Origin: Octopus sinensis
Taxonomy: Eukaryota
DNA length: 64,000 nt
NCBI RefSeq assembly: GCF_006345805.1
Contig: NC_043004.1
Location: forward strand, 93,744,001-93,808,000
Direction: 5' to 3'
In this document: piece after piece, positions 50,878 to 63,397 of the stretch
Layout of the letters: each line of letters begins with the position of its first letter
Position numbering within the stretch: position 1 is the first letter of the stretch
Program-made: the position numbers and the translations under genes
Notes under the pieces: generated by a model
Seen by the model: the letters and a program-made list of their open reading frames with translations, nothing else
Told to the model about the DNA's origin: nothing
Database searches by the model: none

Positions 50878-52019
50878 TTTCCAGTCACCAAATAAATTAA
50901 ACAGTTTTTGTCTTTTCTCTAGTATTTTGTTAAAGCTGTATTCAAATCTTCCGTACTCGCACTCATTCTTCCATCCGTTCGTAGATTCTTTGATTCATTT
51001 ATTTCTCAATTCCCTTATTCGCGTAGTCAATCTTTTTTTCTTTTCATTCATTCACTCCGCGATTCCTTTAATCGTAAGCTCACCCATTCCTTTATCCGTT
51101 TCTTTGTTCCTCGTTTCTTTTATTCGTTCCGTTGTTCAATCGTTCGTCCATTCATTCATTCATTCATTCATTCATTCATACATTCCACCATTCTTTTAAT
51201 CGTAATTTGTTCGCCCTTTCCTTCATTTGTTCATTTGTTGGCATGAGATAAAGTTATTGTGTTTATTTTCATTAATTTCATAACGCTATCATGCACGAAA
51301 CGTAAAAATGAAAGAAAAAAAAAGTTAGGCAATATCTCCAGCAATACCGGTTTTGCCCGGTTTTGCTCCTAGCGAGATCTGCTATCAAATAATGAAATAA
51401 CTAAACAAACGGCAGGGGTGTTTGCAGAAGAACCAGAGTATTCAATTCTATCTGGCAATATTTCTGAATAAAGACGATATCAGTTGTAATAAAACATCTC
51501 GTAACAATTTCAGATTGACGGTTAGAAAATCTATATATTTATAATTGAATCGTGGAGATATTAATTCAGTAACATTTCTCTTGATCTACTGCTAATAGAT
51601 CAGTCGTGTTGAGATTAAACACTTTGATATAGATTTATTTATTTGTTTGACTCACACTGCTGACCATCCATATTATATCACAAGTTTATTTCAGCGGAAT
51701 ACAATTATTATATCCGACTTCGTTTAGCCAGTTTTACAGTCGTACATCGAAAGGCTTCACTGAAGATTTTTCTCCCCCTTATTACAAGCAAATTGTCTTC
51801 TAGAGCAGGGTATCTCAAATTTTTTGTACTCAGGGAACTCGTAGGCTAGAAGGAAATTATTTTAACCTAAAAATGATATTTGGGAAAATATTATTATAGA
51901 TATGTTGCAAGCGGGCAAATGAACTTTGTATTAGCATAATTTTGTTACCTTTCTTATATTAGTGCTTTGGAAAATCCAACTTCACAACAAAGACATTGCG
52001 ACATACATAATTCTGAATA

Positions 52020-52745
52020 TCGGTTTCAAATTTTGGCACAAGGCCAGAAATTTCGGTGGAGTAGGTAAGTCGATTATGTCGACCGCATTGCTCAACTGGT
52101 ACTTATTTTATGGGCTTCGAAAGGATAGAAGGCAAAATTAACTCTAGAGCATTAGAACTCAGATGTAAAGATGTAAAGTCGGAAGAAATGCCGCTAAGCT
52201 TTTGTCCAGCACGGGAGCGATTCTGCCAGCTCGCCGCCTTACTACAGTCCTAAATATTAAGACACACTCGAAGTCTTGATGCTTGAAATGACAGATATTA
52301 CCAGCAACCGTAAGTTAACTAGTATACTCAGTCTATCTTAAAATCTGCTTTTGGTATCTTTTCTTCTTTCCTACTCTAGGCACGTGGCCCGAAATTTTTG
52401 AGGAGGGGGCCAGTCGCTTAGATTGATCCCAGTACGCAATTGGTACTTAATTTATCGACCCCGAAAAGATGACCTCGGCGGAATTTGAACTCAGAACGTA
52501 GCGGCAGACGAAATACCTATTTCTTTACTACCCACAAGGGGCTAAACACGGAGAGCACAGACAAGGACAGAAAAACGGATAAAGTCGATTACATCGACCC
52601 TAGTGCGTAAATGGTACTTAATTGATCGACCCCGAAAGAATGAAAGGCAAAGTCGACCTCGGCGGAATTTGAACTTAGAACGTAACGGCAGACGAAATAC
52701 GGCTACGCATTTCGCCCGGCGTACTAACGTTTCTTCCAGCTCGCT
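52020..52745 (-). mobile_element. Cluster of three SINE-B / SINE-B-related copies
   Basis: Copies at about 52020-52240, 52360-52515 and 52516-52745, each with TGGTACTT...TCGACCCCGAAA...GAATTTGAACT or a diverged version. Confidence 0.8.
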
Positions 52746-53422
52746 TCCTTCTGCTTTTGGTATCTTACGTAATATATGTTGTTGCATATCGTATCAACAC
52801 TTTTCAAGCTTCTGCACCTATAGTAGGTAGATGAACATCTTAGGAACAGTAGTTAAGGTATTCTATTAATTATGCATTCTGAACATTCTCGCTTTCACTC
52901 GTCAAAATCCTGCTTGGAAGTAAAATCCGATGTAATGTGTATCCGCCTTAAATTTTCTTCCCATGAAAGATTGCATGAGCTTAATGAGTTTACAAATGGG
53001 TTTGCAGCTTAAAATTGGTTTTCTGTTTCGGTTAGAAAATTCTCTGTTATATGATTTACAAATATCAATTATGGCAGAATAGGACCTTTTATAATTTAAC
53101 CAAGGGAAATTTTGATTGGCAAAAAAAAAAAAAAAAATTACTGCTAAAGTTTTCAGAACATAATCCTACTGGAGCTTTAGTTAACGCCTCTAGTGTCATT
53201 TTACTTCAGTCTTTTTAAAATGTTATACTGTTGCCATGTATTGCAATAGAGGTGCATGGATTAGTGGTTATAGTATTGGACCCGTGATTGTAAGTTTGTG
53301 GTTCCGTTTCCTGGAGCTAGTGATGCGTTGTGTTCTCAAGCAAAACACTTCATTTCACGTTGCTCCAGTTCTCTCTGCTGATAAAACACATTCCAGGGAG
53401 GAATATATATACATCAGAGAAA

Positions 53423-53650
53423 GGCGTCGAGCTGGCAGAATCGTTAGCACGCTGGGCGAAATGCGTAGCCGTATTTCGTCTGTCGTTACATTCTGAGTTC
53501 AAATTCCGCCGAGGTCGACTTTACCTTTCATCCTTTCGGGGTCGATAAATTAAGTACCAGTTTCGTACTGGGGTCGATGTAATCGACTTAATACCTATGT
53601 CTGTCCTTGTTTGTCCCCTCTATGTTTAGCCCCTTGTGTGTAGTAAAGAA
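53423..53650 (+). mobile_element. SINE family B with 20-bp TSD
   Basis: TSD ATATATATACATCAGAGAAA at 53403-53422 and 53651-53670. Confidence 0.93.
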
Positions 53651-53729
53651 ATATATATACATCAGAGAAACCGAGAATCCGACCCTAGGCTCCTTACGAA
53701 GTTATGTGGACTAACCACCATGTATTGCA

Positions 53730-54800
53730 ACATAAACCACATTGAAATGAATATATGAGAAAAATATGCCATTTTTCCTTCCCACGCATCCAACACTGAA
53801 TTACAGTTTCGCTGGAAATTCTGAAATAATCAAATTTTTTTTACGCAATTCGAAAAACCCCATCAACACATACAGACTTCCTACATTTTCACATAATAAG
53901 CAGAATATCTTTGCATGTAATGGACTTAATTGAATATAATTGATCAGTTCCACAGCGTCCTTTTCAACTAATTTCAAATCTTGAAGCATACGTTACACTG
54001 CTACCAAAATGAAGCGAATAGTTGATACTTTCAAATTTTTATATATTTCTTTTTCTTTCTTTTTTATTATTGCAAGAAAACCATAAATTTCCCTACCGTA
54101 TCCACAGCTCCATCAGTGCAAATACTTGAACAAAATATTCACGAAATTGAATTTTTCCTGTAAATGAATTATATAAAATGTTGCTTCTCTGAAACAAGAC
54201 TCTCCCAAAAATGGCAGATTAATAGGTTGTCTTCAATACTATTCATAAATACAGCGTACAAGCAGAAGCAACATCCGTGGATTCATTCATACGAAGAGAA
54301 AATGTTGATCTCACTTTAACCCGTTACACAAAATTTCCACATTTCATGAACATGCCATAAAACTGCCTTATTTGAAAGTGGCGATCTTTTTATCTTTTTT
54401 CAATGTTTTGGGGATATTATCTTCAATACATTCCTATATACCTACACATAGTTGTTTTCTGAAATTTTGCCAGCTTCACCTGCATTCGCTATTCGATAAT
54501 CAATGCAGTATAAGACCAAAAAGTAAATAAATAAATAAATAAACAGAAAATGAAAAAGGCAAATATTTAGCTTTCCTTTAATTCAGTTCCAAGCACATTC
54601 TTTGATAATATTTCTTACTCGATTTTTTTTTTTTTTTAAATCCGAATACGTTATCACAACCAGTCCGAGTGAAACCATAAGCAATAAAAGTTTCATCGTA
54701 CATTTATCTTGTTTTGATGTGGCCTTTGAAGATGAACTCACTGTTGACTCAGACTGAACAACACTTCTTTCGTTCACTTTGCTTGAGTTTTGCATGTTGA
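53730..54800 (-). pseudogene. hAT (Charlie/Buster-type) transposase remnant, highly degenerate
   Basis: Pieces in order: YDETFIAYGFT, PLSNKAV, FSLRMNESTDV, ICTDGA, DAVELINYIQ...IFCLLCENVGS, FFELR, MAYFSHIF. Confidence 0.8.
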
Positions 54801-55639
54801 TACTTCACTTATTATTGATTTTTTAAACAATTTATCATTTGGCGATGTATAGAGAGTGTAATTATAATTATCCAAAGCATTTATCTTCACTATGCATACA
54901 TCCAAAAAGTTACTAAACTATTTAACGCCAATACTGCGCACTACTTTTAATAACCAATTAACATTTATTATTGCTTAAATTGAAAGCGAGTGGAAATTAT
55001 CTTGCAGTATTAACTTGACTTGCCAAATTCTATCAGTTCAGTTGAATATATCTAAAATTAATATTCTTACATCAAAACTAATTATTATTCAAGCAGAAGT
55101 TACAGTGAAAATCCTATATAAATTTACATTAAGTTGGTGTGTTTGTCCTTGGCAGTTTTACTGCGCAATTGCATTTGTTGACGCCACCTCTGTGTGTGTG
55201 TGTGTGGCTGTATAATGATGGATATGTATGTGAGTATGGTAAGTGACTGACCGCTGGTTGAGTGTAAAACACTGAATATGATGGTGGTGGTGGTGGTGGT
55301 GGTGGTGATGGTGGTGGTGTAAGTAGGGGCAAAAGAGAGAAACAGAAGTTACTGGGGAGAAAATGGCATACCTTATACCTGTGTATGTGTATATATTTAT
55401 GTGCCTCTGTGTGTGTGTTGATTACGTTAACAGTGTGAAGTGTGTTTATCTGTTTGAATATATTTGTGTATTCATTGCTTTAACGGTAGTTTATGTATAA
55501 TCATTGCGTTGTAAGAGCACTAAACTGCGTTCATTTGTTTATTCTTTTAAGATTAGTGATGAAGATAAACGTAAAAACAATTTAAAAAAAAAAGACGTTG
55601 TTTCATTACAATTATCTACAGGTTCAGTAATGGTTGTGA

Positions 55640-55935
55640 CATTAAGAAGCGCACTTTGCAATCACGTAGTTTCGGTTTCAATCCCACTATGAAGTGGGAT
55701 TGAATTTGATAGACGAAAAACTGTGGAAGCCCGTCGCTTGTGTGTATGTGTGTGTGTCCTTACAACGCTTGACAACCGATGTTGGTTTGTTTAGTCCGCA
55801 TAGTTTAGTGGTTCGGCAAAGGAGACTGATAGAACCAGACTTAGAAAGTAAGTACTAGTATCAGTTTATTCGGCTTAAACCCTTCAAGTCGGTGCCCCAG
55901 CATGGCCGCTAATCAATGACTTTAACAGGCAAAAG
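55640..55935 (+). mobile_element. SINE-A-related, old diverged copy
   Basis: GGTTTCAATCCCACT head, GCTTGACAACCGATG, GGTGCCCCAGCATGGCCGC tail. Confidence 0.65.
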
Positions 55936-56149
55936 AAAATACGTCGCTCAAAACATTTCTCTACAATCGGTGATATCTAATGTGGGGTCCATTTTATCAA
56001 ACCCTTTCAAGAAAATAGTCTTAACGTTTACAGTTACTGTTACTGTTGAGGATTCTGTTGTTTAGCCCTTGGTCTTAGACTCAAACAATGAAATCTAGAA
56101 GAAATCCATCATTTTTCTTTCTTTTTGTTTTCTCAGTCACTCTCCACCC

Positions 56150-56335
56150 ATGACTACAATGTGTTCACCACCATCATCATCGCCATCATCACCAATGACA
56201 CAAGTAGCAACACTACCACACCACCACCACCACACCACCACCACCACCACAATCATCAGCACCCTAATCAGCTGCATCATCATCACCACCACCAACAACA
56301 ACAACAACTCCATCAGCATCAACAGCAGCAGCAAC
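56150..56335. repeat. Mixed CAC/CAT/CAA/CAG trinucleotide tract
   Basis: Direct reading. Confidence 0.85.
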
Positions 56336-56449
56336 CCGGAGAGGGGCTCTGTGAGGTCACTCGACTTGTTAAGCATGCCAGCGAAATTTTCCACACACTT
56401 GAAGGGACATTGTATAATTATAACCAAAATCCGAAGAACTTTAGGCATG

Positions 56450-56529
<80 letters not shown>

Positions 56530-56532
<3 letters not shown>

Positions 56533-56860
56533 TTTCGTTTTGGGATTTGGTTTTCAAGATTCTTTATATGAGTTCGTGTGTTGAAGCATATTCTGTTGTG
56601 TCTGGGAAGAGTCATTTTCTTTTTGTGCCTTATCATTTAACACACTCACCGGTAAAATTTCCACTTTTTTCTTATTTTTATTGTCCTGAAATTTTCGTTG
56701 CGTCTTCCAACATTTTCAATAGTTTTGAGTCAAAACTATTGAAAATGTTTCATGACGCAACGAAAATTTTAGGACAATAAAAATAAGAAAAAAGTGGAAA
56801 TTTTACCGGTGTGTTAAATAATAAGGCACAAAAAGAAAATGACTCTCCCCAGACACAAAA
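56530..56860. mobile_element. Long palindromic MITE (about 260-bp hairpin centred on 56729)
   Basis: Arms 56597-56728 and 56730-56858 are near-perfect reverse complements apart from small indels. Confidence 0.88.
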
Positions 56861-56869
56861 GTATATATA

Positions 56870-57203
56870 TGAGTGGCTGTGTGGTAAGTAGCTTGCTAAC
56901 CAACCACATGGTTCCGGGTTCAGTCCCACTGCGTGGCACCTTGGGCAACTGTCTTCTACAATAGCCTCGGGCCGACCAAAGCCTTGTGAGTGGATTTGGT
57001 AGACGGAAACTGAAAGAAGCCCGTCGTATATATGTATATATATATATGCGTGTGTGTGTTTGTGTGTCTGTGTTTGTCCCCCTAGCATTGCTTGACAACC
57101 GATGCTGGTGTGTTTATGTCCCCGTAACTTAGCGGTTCGGCAAAAGAGACCGATAGAATAAGTACTGGGCTTACAAAAAGAATAAGTCCCGGGGTCGAGT
57201 TGC
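56870..57203 (+). mobile_element. SINE family A, 3' end cut by a GGATCTTT element
   Basis: Consensus stops at GGGGTCGAGTTGC, directly followed by GGATCTTT; a matching 3' piece lies at 58138-58245. Confidence 0.88.
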
Positions 57204-57540
57204 GGATCTTTTCTTTTTGAAAGCCAGATTTTCCTAGTTAACTAAACAATTTGAAACTTCGTATACTCGTAGAATGTGTCAAAAGAAAACATAATTGTAA
57301 ACCAAAATGAAAACGGAATTGTAATTTCTAAGTTTAACGTTGTTTAAAAATTCGAATTTTAACCAATGATATTCTTTCTTTCGGCCTCATATTATTTACT
57401 GCTTCTCAAAATATTGTTACTGTGGCGTAAACAGCTATTCTGTGACGTAGTTAACGTAAACATGTAAATAGCTAACTAAAATGTAAACATCTCCGCTTAT
57501 CATAAACTTCGTGGAGTATATATAAAATTTGTGTAGATCC
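57204..57540. mobile_element. Diverged member of the GGATCTTT-TIR family
   Basis: GGATCT...AGATCC ends and shared AAACTTCGTATACT(C/G)GTAGAATGTGT motif; no clear TSD. Another fragment with TTAGGG lies at 58250-58345. Confidence 0.6.
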
Positions 57541-57664
57541 TAAATAGCTACACACACATGTATACAAACATATGCATATATATATATATATACACCTATA
57601 CACACATATTCTAATGCATATGCATATATGTGTATATATTTATAATGTGTGTGTATTATAGATG

Positions 57665-57708
<44 letters not shown>

Positions 57709-58584
57709 ATATATATATAAAAGATGTTTACATACAATATATATGTTATATACATCTACATGTATATGTATGTATGAATATATAAGAACCACAGAATTTG
57801 AATCAAACTGTTTGATCCATACATACACACACACACACACACACAACACTAACATCCATGAGACATCCTAACATAATCAATGCTACTACTACTACTATCA
57901 TCATCATTATCATCATCATCCACTGCCGCCACCACCACCACCTCTACAAAAACACCAACACTATAATTGCTGCCATCATACACATCCACTGTCACCACTA
58001 CCACCACTGCCATGATAACCACATCTACGACAGCTGTTTGCTTACTGCTTACCCACTCACAAAATAGCTATCTACGTCACATTAACACTATGCAGCTAAT
58101 AATTTCAAATGAAAACAGACAATATGATTGGCTAAGGATAGAATAAGTACTGGGCTTACAAAAAGAATAAGTCCCGGGTCGAGTTGCTCGATTAAAGGCG
58201 ATGCTCCAGCATGGCCGCGGTCAAGAGTAACATTAAAAGTAAAAATGTTTTATATGACACATTAGGGTTAGGGTTAGTGTCCGAGGTGAAAGTGTTTAGT
58301 TACAAAAATATATTTCTCGATCTGCCGTTGAAAGGGTAAAGATCCCTTATATTATTTATTTAAAGCCTTTACAACTAGAAGGGTTATGGGTCAAGAGGAA
58401 AATACATCAATCAAATGTTGGGAAGGCCATCGGTTGAATAAAACAACATTGTTCCTCAACAGAACAATAAGGCTCTATAGTTAGGGGGAAATTTACCCAT
58501 TCAGTTTCAAAACTCAGGTGGAGCCAAAAGAGGTCTCTACACATAATAATGTTCGTCCTTCGGTTCGAAGATGACCAACTGACA

Positions 58585-61500
58585 TCATCTGATGGAACTG
58601 CCGCCATGAGACCGGAGGTGGCTGGTGAGGCCAATCCGGGCAAGGAAGCCCCTCCCACAGGTGGGGCAGAAGTGGGTAGGGGCAGTGCTACTGGTGCAGG
58701 CGGCTCTGACTTTACGCATCTGACGTTTCTGCTCCGCTGACCGAATCCGTCCCTCCTCGGCTGTCCCTGCTCCCACGGTGATTGCGCTGCGCCAGGATGA
58801 GCGGTTGGCAGCAAGTGTCTCCCAGGTCTCTGTTCCGATGGAGAAGTCTTTGAGAGAGACCTTGAGACTATCCTTGTAGCGCTTTTTCTGCCCTCCGACT
58901 TTGCGCCTGCCCTGGCCGAGTTCACCGTAGAAGAGCTGTTTTGGGATGCGAGTGTCGGACATGCGGGAGACGTGGCCCGCCCATCTCAGCTGGGCCTTGC
59001 GCATGATTGTGATGGTGCTAGGGAGATCTGCCTGCTTCAGAACTTCCGTGTCTGGGACTTTGTCCTGCCAGCGGATGTGAAGGAGATTCCGAAGACACCT
59101 GAGATGGAAGTGGTTTATCTGGCGCTCGTGCCTTCGGTAAGCAGTCCACGTCTCGCAGCCGTATAGTAGAGTGGTAAGCACGACTGCCGGTAGACTTTCA
59201 GCTTGGTGTTGAGGCTGATTCCTCTCCGCTCCCAGACTTTCTTTCGCAGTCTCCCAAATGCGCTGCTTGCCTTGGAGATTCTGTTGATGGTTTCAGCATC
59301 TATGTTGGCATTGCAGGAGAGAGTGCTGCCCAGGTAGGTGAAGTTTTCCACCACTCGTAAGATCCGTCCGTTCACCCTTATCTGAGGCTCATGGTATTGT
59401 TTGCCGGGGGCTGGCTGAAACATCACTTCGGTTTTCTTTGCACTGATGGTGAGACCGAAGTTGTCACAGGCTGATGAGAACCTGTCCATCTCGAGCTGCA
59501 TCTCCTGCTCATCGATTGCATTAAGGGCGCAGTCGTCAGCAAAGAGAAAGTCTCTGACGACTGTCTCCCTCACCTTTGTGACAGCCTGCAATCTCCTGGA
59601 GTTGAAAAGTTTCCCGTCTGTCCTGTACTTGATGTTGATACCGGACTTGCAGTCCCTAAAGGCGTCGGACATCATTGCCGAGAACATGATGCTGAACAGT
59701 GTTGGGGCCAGGACACAGCCCTGCCTGACTCCGTTGGTCACCTGGAAGGCTTCGGATGAGTCGCCGTCCTCAAGGATTCTGGCTGTCATTCCGTCGTGGA
59801 ACTGGCGGACAATTGCAATAAATTTGCTGGGGCAAACCAAATTTTCCCATGACCTTCCATAGTCCCTCCGACTGACTGTATCAAAGGCCTTGGTGAGGTC
59901 AACAAAGGTCATGCAGAGGTCAAGGTGCTGCTCCATGCATTTCTCCTGGAGCTGGCGGGCGGCGAATATCATGTCAGTGGTCCCTCGACCCGCACGGAAG
60001 CCACACTGGCTCTCAGGGAGAAGGCCTTGCTCCAAGTGTTCCAGAAGGCGGTCAAGCAGGACCCGGGCCAGGATCTTGCCTGCTATGGACAAGAGGAAAT
60101 ACCTCGGTGGTTGTCGCAGGACTGCCGATCTCCTTTCCGCTTATAAATGTGGACGATTGTTGCATCCCGGAAATCTTGAGGGAGTTGTTCCCTGTCCCAC
60201 ATCGACTGGAACAGGTTGGTGAGCTGACTGATCATGGTGGGGCCTCCCGACTTGAACACCTCTGCAGGGATGGCGTCAGAGCCTGGAGCTTTGCCGGTGG
60301 ACATTTTTTTGATGGCTCTGCTCACTTCCCCGACTGCAGGGGGAACAGCCAACTCGTGGTTTGTCGGCACCTGGGGGAGTCGTGCGATGGCTTCCTCGTT
60401 GATCTGGGCTGGTCGGTTGAGCACGATGTTGAAGTGCTCCGCCCATCTCTCCAGGATCAGCCTCTTGTTAGTCAGGAGTGAGGTTCCATCTGAGCTGAGC
60501 AGGGGCGTTGATCCAAAGGAGAACTGCGGTCCATAGACAGCTTTCAGCGCCTCGTAGAATTTCTTGGTGTCGTGTTTGTCTGCGTATCCCTGAATCTCAT
60601 CCGCCTTGGCGCTTAACCATGCATCTTGCATGAGGCGGAGTTTAGCCTGGACTGTGCTGCGAATGTTGTTGAAAGCGGCCTTCTTTGCCGTGCAGGTGGT
60701 GTCATTTTGGTGAGCCCGCAGCAGACGGCGTTTCTCTTCCAGGAGCTTTTGGATTTCCTGGTCGTTTTCGTCGAACCAGTCCTGGTGGTTCCTCGTAATT
60801 TGGCCCAGAGTTTCAAGGGCGATGGAATGAACCGTGTCCCTGAATGATTCCCACTGCTCATCGATGCTGGACTGGTCACTCCGAATGTCCAACAGCTTAC
60901 TGTCCATACGTGACTGGAGATCTTGTGCAGTCAGCTGGTTCCTAATTTCGTGATGTTAAGCTTCCTCGTCACTTTCTGACCCTGTGGTCTTCTCTTAGGT
61001 CGGATGTAGAAATCCATCCTGGAGATGATGAGGCGATGGTCGTCAGCAGTCAGCTCCGCACATGGCTTTGACCAGTCTCACGTCCCGCCTGTCTTTCGCC
61101 CTGACGATGACGTAATCTATCAGATGCCAGTGTTTGGAGCGTGGATGCATCCATGATGTCTTGTTGCGTGTTGGCAGACGGAACAAGGTGTTGGCGATGG
61201 TAAGATCATGAGAGGCACACGCACGCAGGAGGAGTTGTCCGTTGCTGTTGCACTTTCCGATTCCTTGCTTTCCCAGTACGCGATGCCAGGCTTGGTGGTC
61301 AGTCCCGACACGGGCGTTAAAATCCCCAAGGAGGATGAGCTTCCCAGGCTGGGCTGACGTGATGAGAGAGTCGAGTTCCTCATAGAACCTGTCCTTAACT
61401 TCTTCAGGGTTGGTCATGGTGGGGGCGTAAGCACTGATGATGGTCGCACTAGTCTTGTTTCCAAGTGGGAGCTGCATCTTCATCAGCCGATCGTTGATAC

Positions 61501-61953
61501 CCTCGGGGGGCTTTCCAGTTTCCGCACGTGTACTGACTTAATGGCAAAACCAACACCAGCCTCACGACGCTCTTCGCTGCTGCGACCACTCCAAAAGAAA
61601 GTGTAGCCGCCGCCTGTCTCTGTCAGCTGGCCTTTGTCCGCAAGGCGGGTCTCGCTCAGTGCTGCAATATCGACACTGTATCGGCTCAGTTCTCTGGCCA
61701 CCAGGGCAGTTCGTCTCTCTGGTCTGTCCGCTTTGGTGTTGTCAAGCAGAGTTCTCACGTTCCAAGTTGCGAAAGTGAGCACCTTTGTTTGTTTTCTTCT
61801 TTCTTGTTTCGACCGCTTGGAAAGGATCCCCGCCAGCCGCGGTTTGCTGACCAGGGTGAGGTGAGGCAGGCTATGTTTAGGGCAACCTTTTCTAGCCCCG
61901 TCCTCATGCTGGGGAGGCGAGCAGAGCGATCCTGAAGAGGGCTGCTCGGTCAC
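58585..61953 (-). CDS. RTE ORF: AP endonuclease + reverse transcriptase + C-terminal zinc finger (frameshifted as assembled)
   Basis: FATWNVRTL, IAALSETR, YAPT, LLGDFNARVG, WHLIDY, KAPGSD, QCGFRAGRGTTDMIF, FVDLTKAFD, GVRQGCVLAPTLF, LFADDCAL, FTYLGS, CPTCGRGFLARIGLTSHLRSH. Confidence 0.9.
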
Positions 61954-62425
61954 TCAGGAGGCTGCCGGACTCCACTGCTGCCTCAGTTCAGTGAGGGGCG
62001 ACCACATGTCCTGAGCCGCCTGTGTGTGGGTTCACGACTGCAGCTCCCAGTGTATCCTCACCTGCTACTTCGCCGTTTCCCCATCGCCACAGGACTTTGG
62101 GATGGTGTCATGGCGTCATGATGTCGTGACATGCGCGTGACTTGGATTATAGTGAGGGTGACTTGCGCAGGATCAGCCTCACTCTCTCGTCCTGGTGCGC
62201 CGGATCCAGTGGCAAGACAAAGTCAAGACGACTGGGGTAGACCAAGATGCAGGAGCTGCCGGAAGGTGGCACGCATGGCGCAATCCAACCGCCTTAGGGG
62301 CTCCACTCCGGATTTTGGATGGCCATTGACTCATGAGAGAGTTCCTCTGCCCTTTGACAGGTTTTGTTTTTAGTCCTGCTGGGTGTCCAAATCACCCTCC
62401 TCACCAGGAAATCTTGGTGGGGTTG

Positions 62426-62485
62426 CCAGTTTAGTCGCCAACGACCCGACATGTAACAGGTTGTACTGGGTTACATGTTACCAGT
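62426..62485 (-). ncRNA. HDV-like pseudoknot candidate at the RTE 5' end
   Basis: AACAUGU-AAC-CCAGU-ACAACCUGUU-ACAUGUC-GG-G-UCG-UUGG-CGA-CUAA-ACUGG gives P1, P2, P4 and a CUAA junction in HDV order; P3/L3 non-canonical. Confidence 0.4.
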
Positions 62486-62506
62486 AGCTCCAAGCGGAGA
62501 CCTGAC

Positions 62507-62544
<38 letters not shown>

Positions 62545-62561
62545 ATATAATATATATAGTA

Positions 62562-63395
62562 CTAGCAGAATTGCCCGGCGTTGCTCGGGGCTGAATGCTT
62601 GAAAGTACTGTTAATGATTGCACTGAATTTGATGATTATTCAGGTAAATATTGATATAAGTTTACGGTGGGAGATAAGACTTAACGATCAACGTGTGCCA
62701 TTGCATTGTTTTGGGGGAACCAAATTTCTGATGAGCATTATAGGGGCACCAACTTTAAGTTTGAGAAAGTGTGGTGGTAGCCCAGGTGCTCAAAGGAATT
62801 GAGTATATCTATTGGATAGTTGATGACGTCCTCTGGGTCAGGAGTTGTATCGATAGACTGATATACATAGACTTCCCAGGAATGAGTTTTAGCATTTCAT
62901 CATTAATATGGTGAACAGTTTTTTCCTCGGGGCAGTATAGCCTTTTTGCCAATCCAATCCATATTCTGATAATTAGCTTGTAGATCTGGGAACACTGCAT
63001 CTCTGAGATCAGAAGGCGTCTTAACAATGGTACAAATGGAATCGATGGCAATATTACCATTTTCATCCCCTGGTATTTTGCCTTCGCCAAGTGCTAGGAG
63101 GGTGTGAGGAAATGCTGCTGATGTGATATTACGTCGCATATGAGCACGCATATTGGTGTGAAGGTTGAGAGTTACTTCCCTTATTAAAAAAATATGCATT
63201 AAAATGGAAAAAAATGATGGTAAATTATTTGTAAAATCATAGACTCATCGTAGACGCGCGCTAATACCCAGAAGGGCTCGATATGAATCACGACTATAAG
63301 ATACCGGTTTTGGTTAAACTGCATTGCAAAATGTGGGAGTAGTTAGGAATCTAAATCGGAGTAGACAGACACACAACCTTTCTTTTATATATAAA
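62562..63395 (-). mobile_element. Helitron deletion derivative carrying a PIF1 helicase C-terminal fragment
   Basis: 3' hairpin CCCGAGCAACGCCGGG plus CTAG|T; coding remnant [55 protein letters not shown]...CNGTR; 63165-63395 matches the short Helitrons' 5' part. Confidence 0.92.
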
Positions 63396-63397
63396 TA

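Larger units (their letters stand above)
58546..62504 (-). mobile_element. Full-length RTE-clade LINE (about 3.96 kb)
   Basis: About 550-nt 5' UTR, single APE+RT ORF in frameshifted pieces, 3' end CTTCGAACCGAAGGACGAAC plus (ATT) tail; candidate TSD ACACATA at 58539-58545 and 62505-62511. Confidence 0.96.

Noticed and set aside
54583-54795. ORF with an apparent signal peptide (MKLLLLMVSLGLVVITYS) and a GTAAG donor
   Set aside because: Another frame of the same bases reads YDETFIAYGFT, the N-terminal motif of the hAT transposase remnant that continues downstream on the same strand.
56125-56584. Poly-His/Gln/Thr ORFs resembling a transcription-factor low-complexity region
   Set aside because: Trinucleotide tract running into (AT)n, with no flanking domain or splice support.
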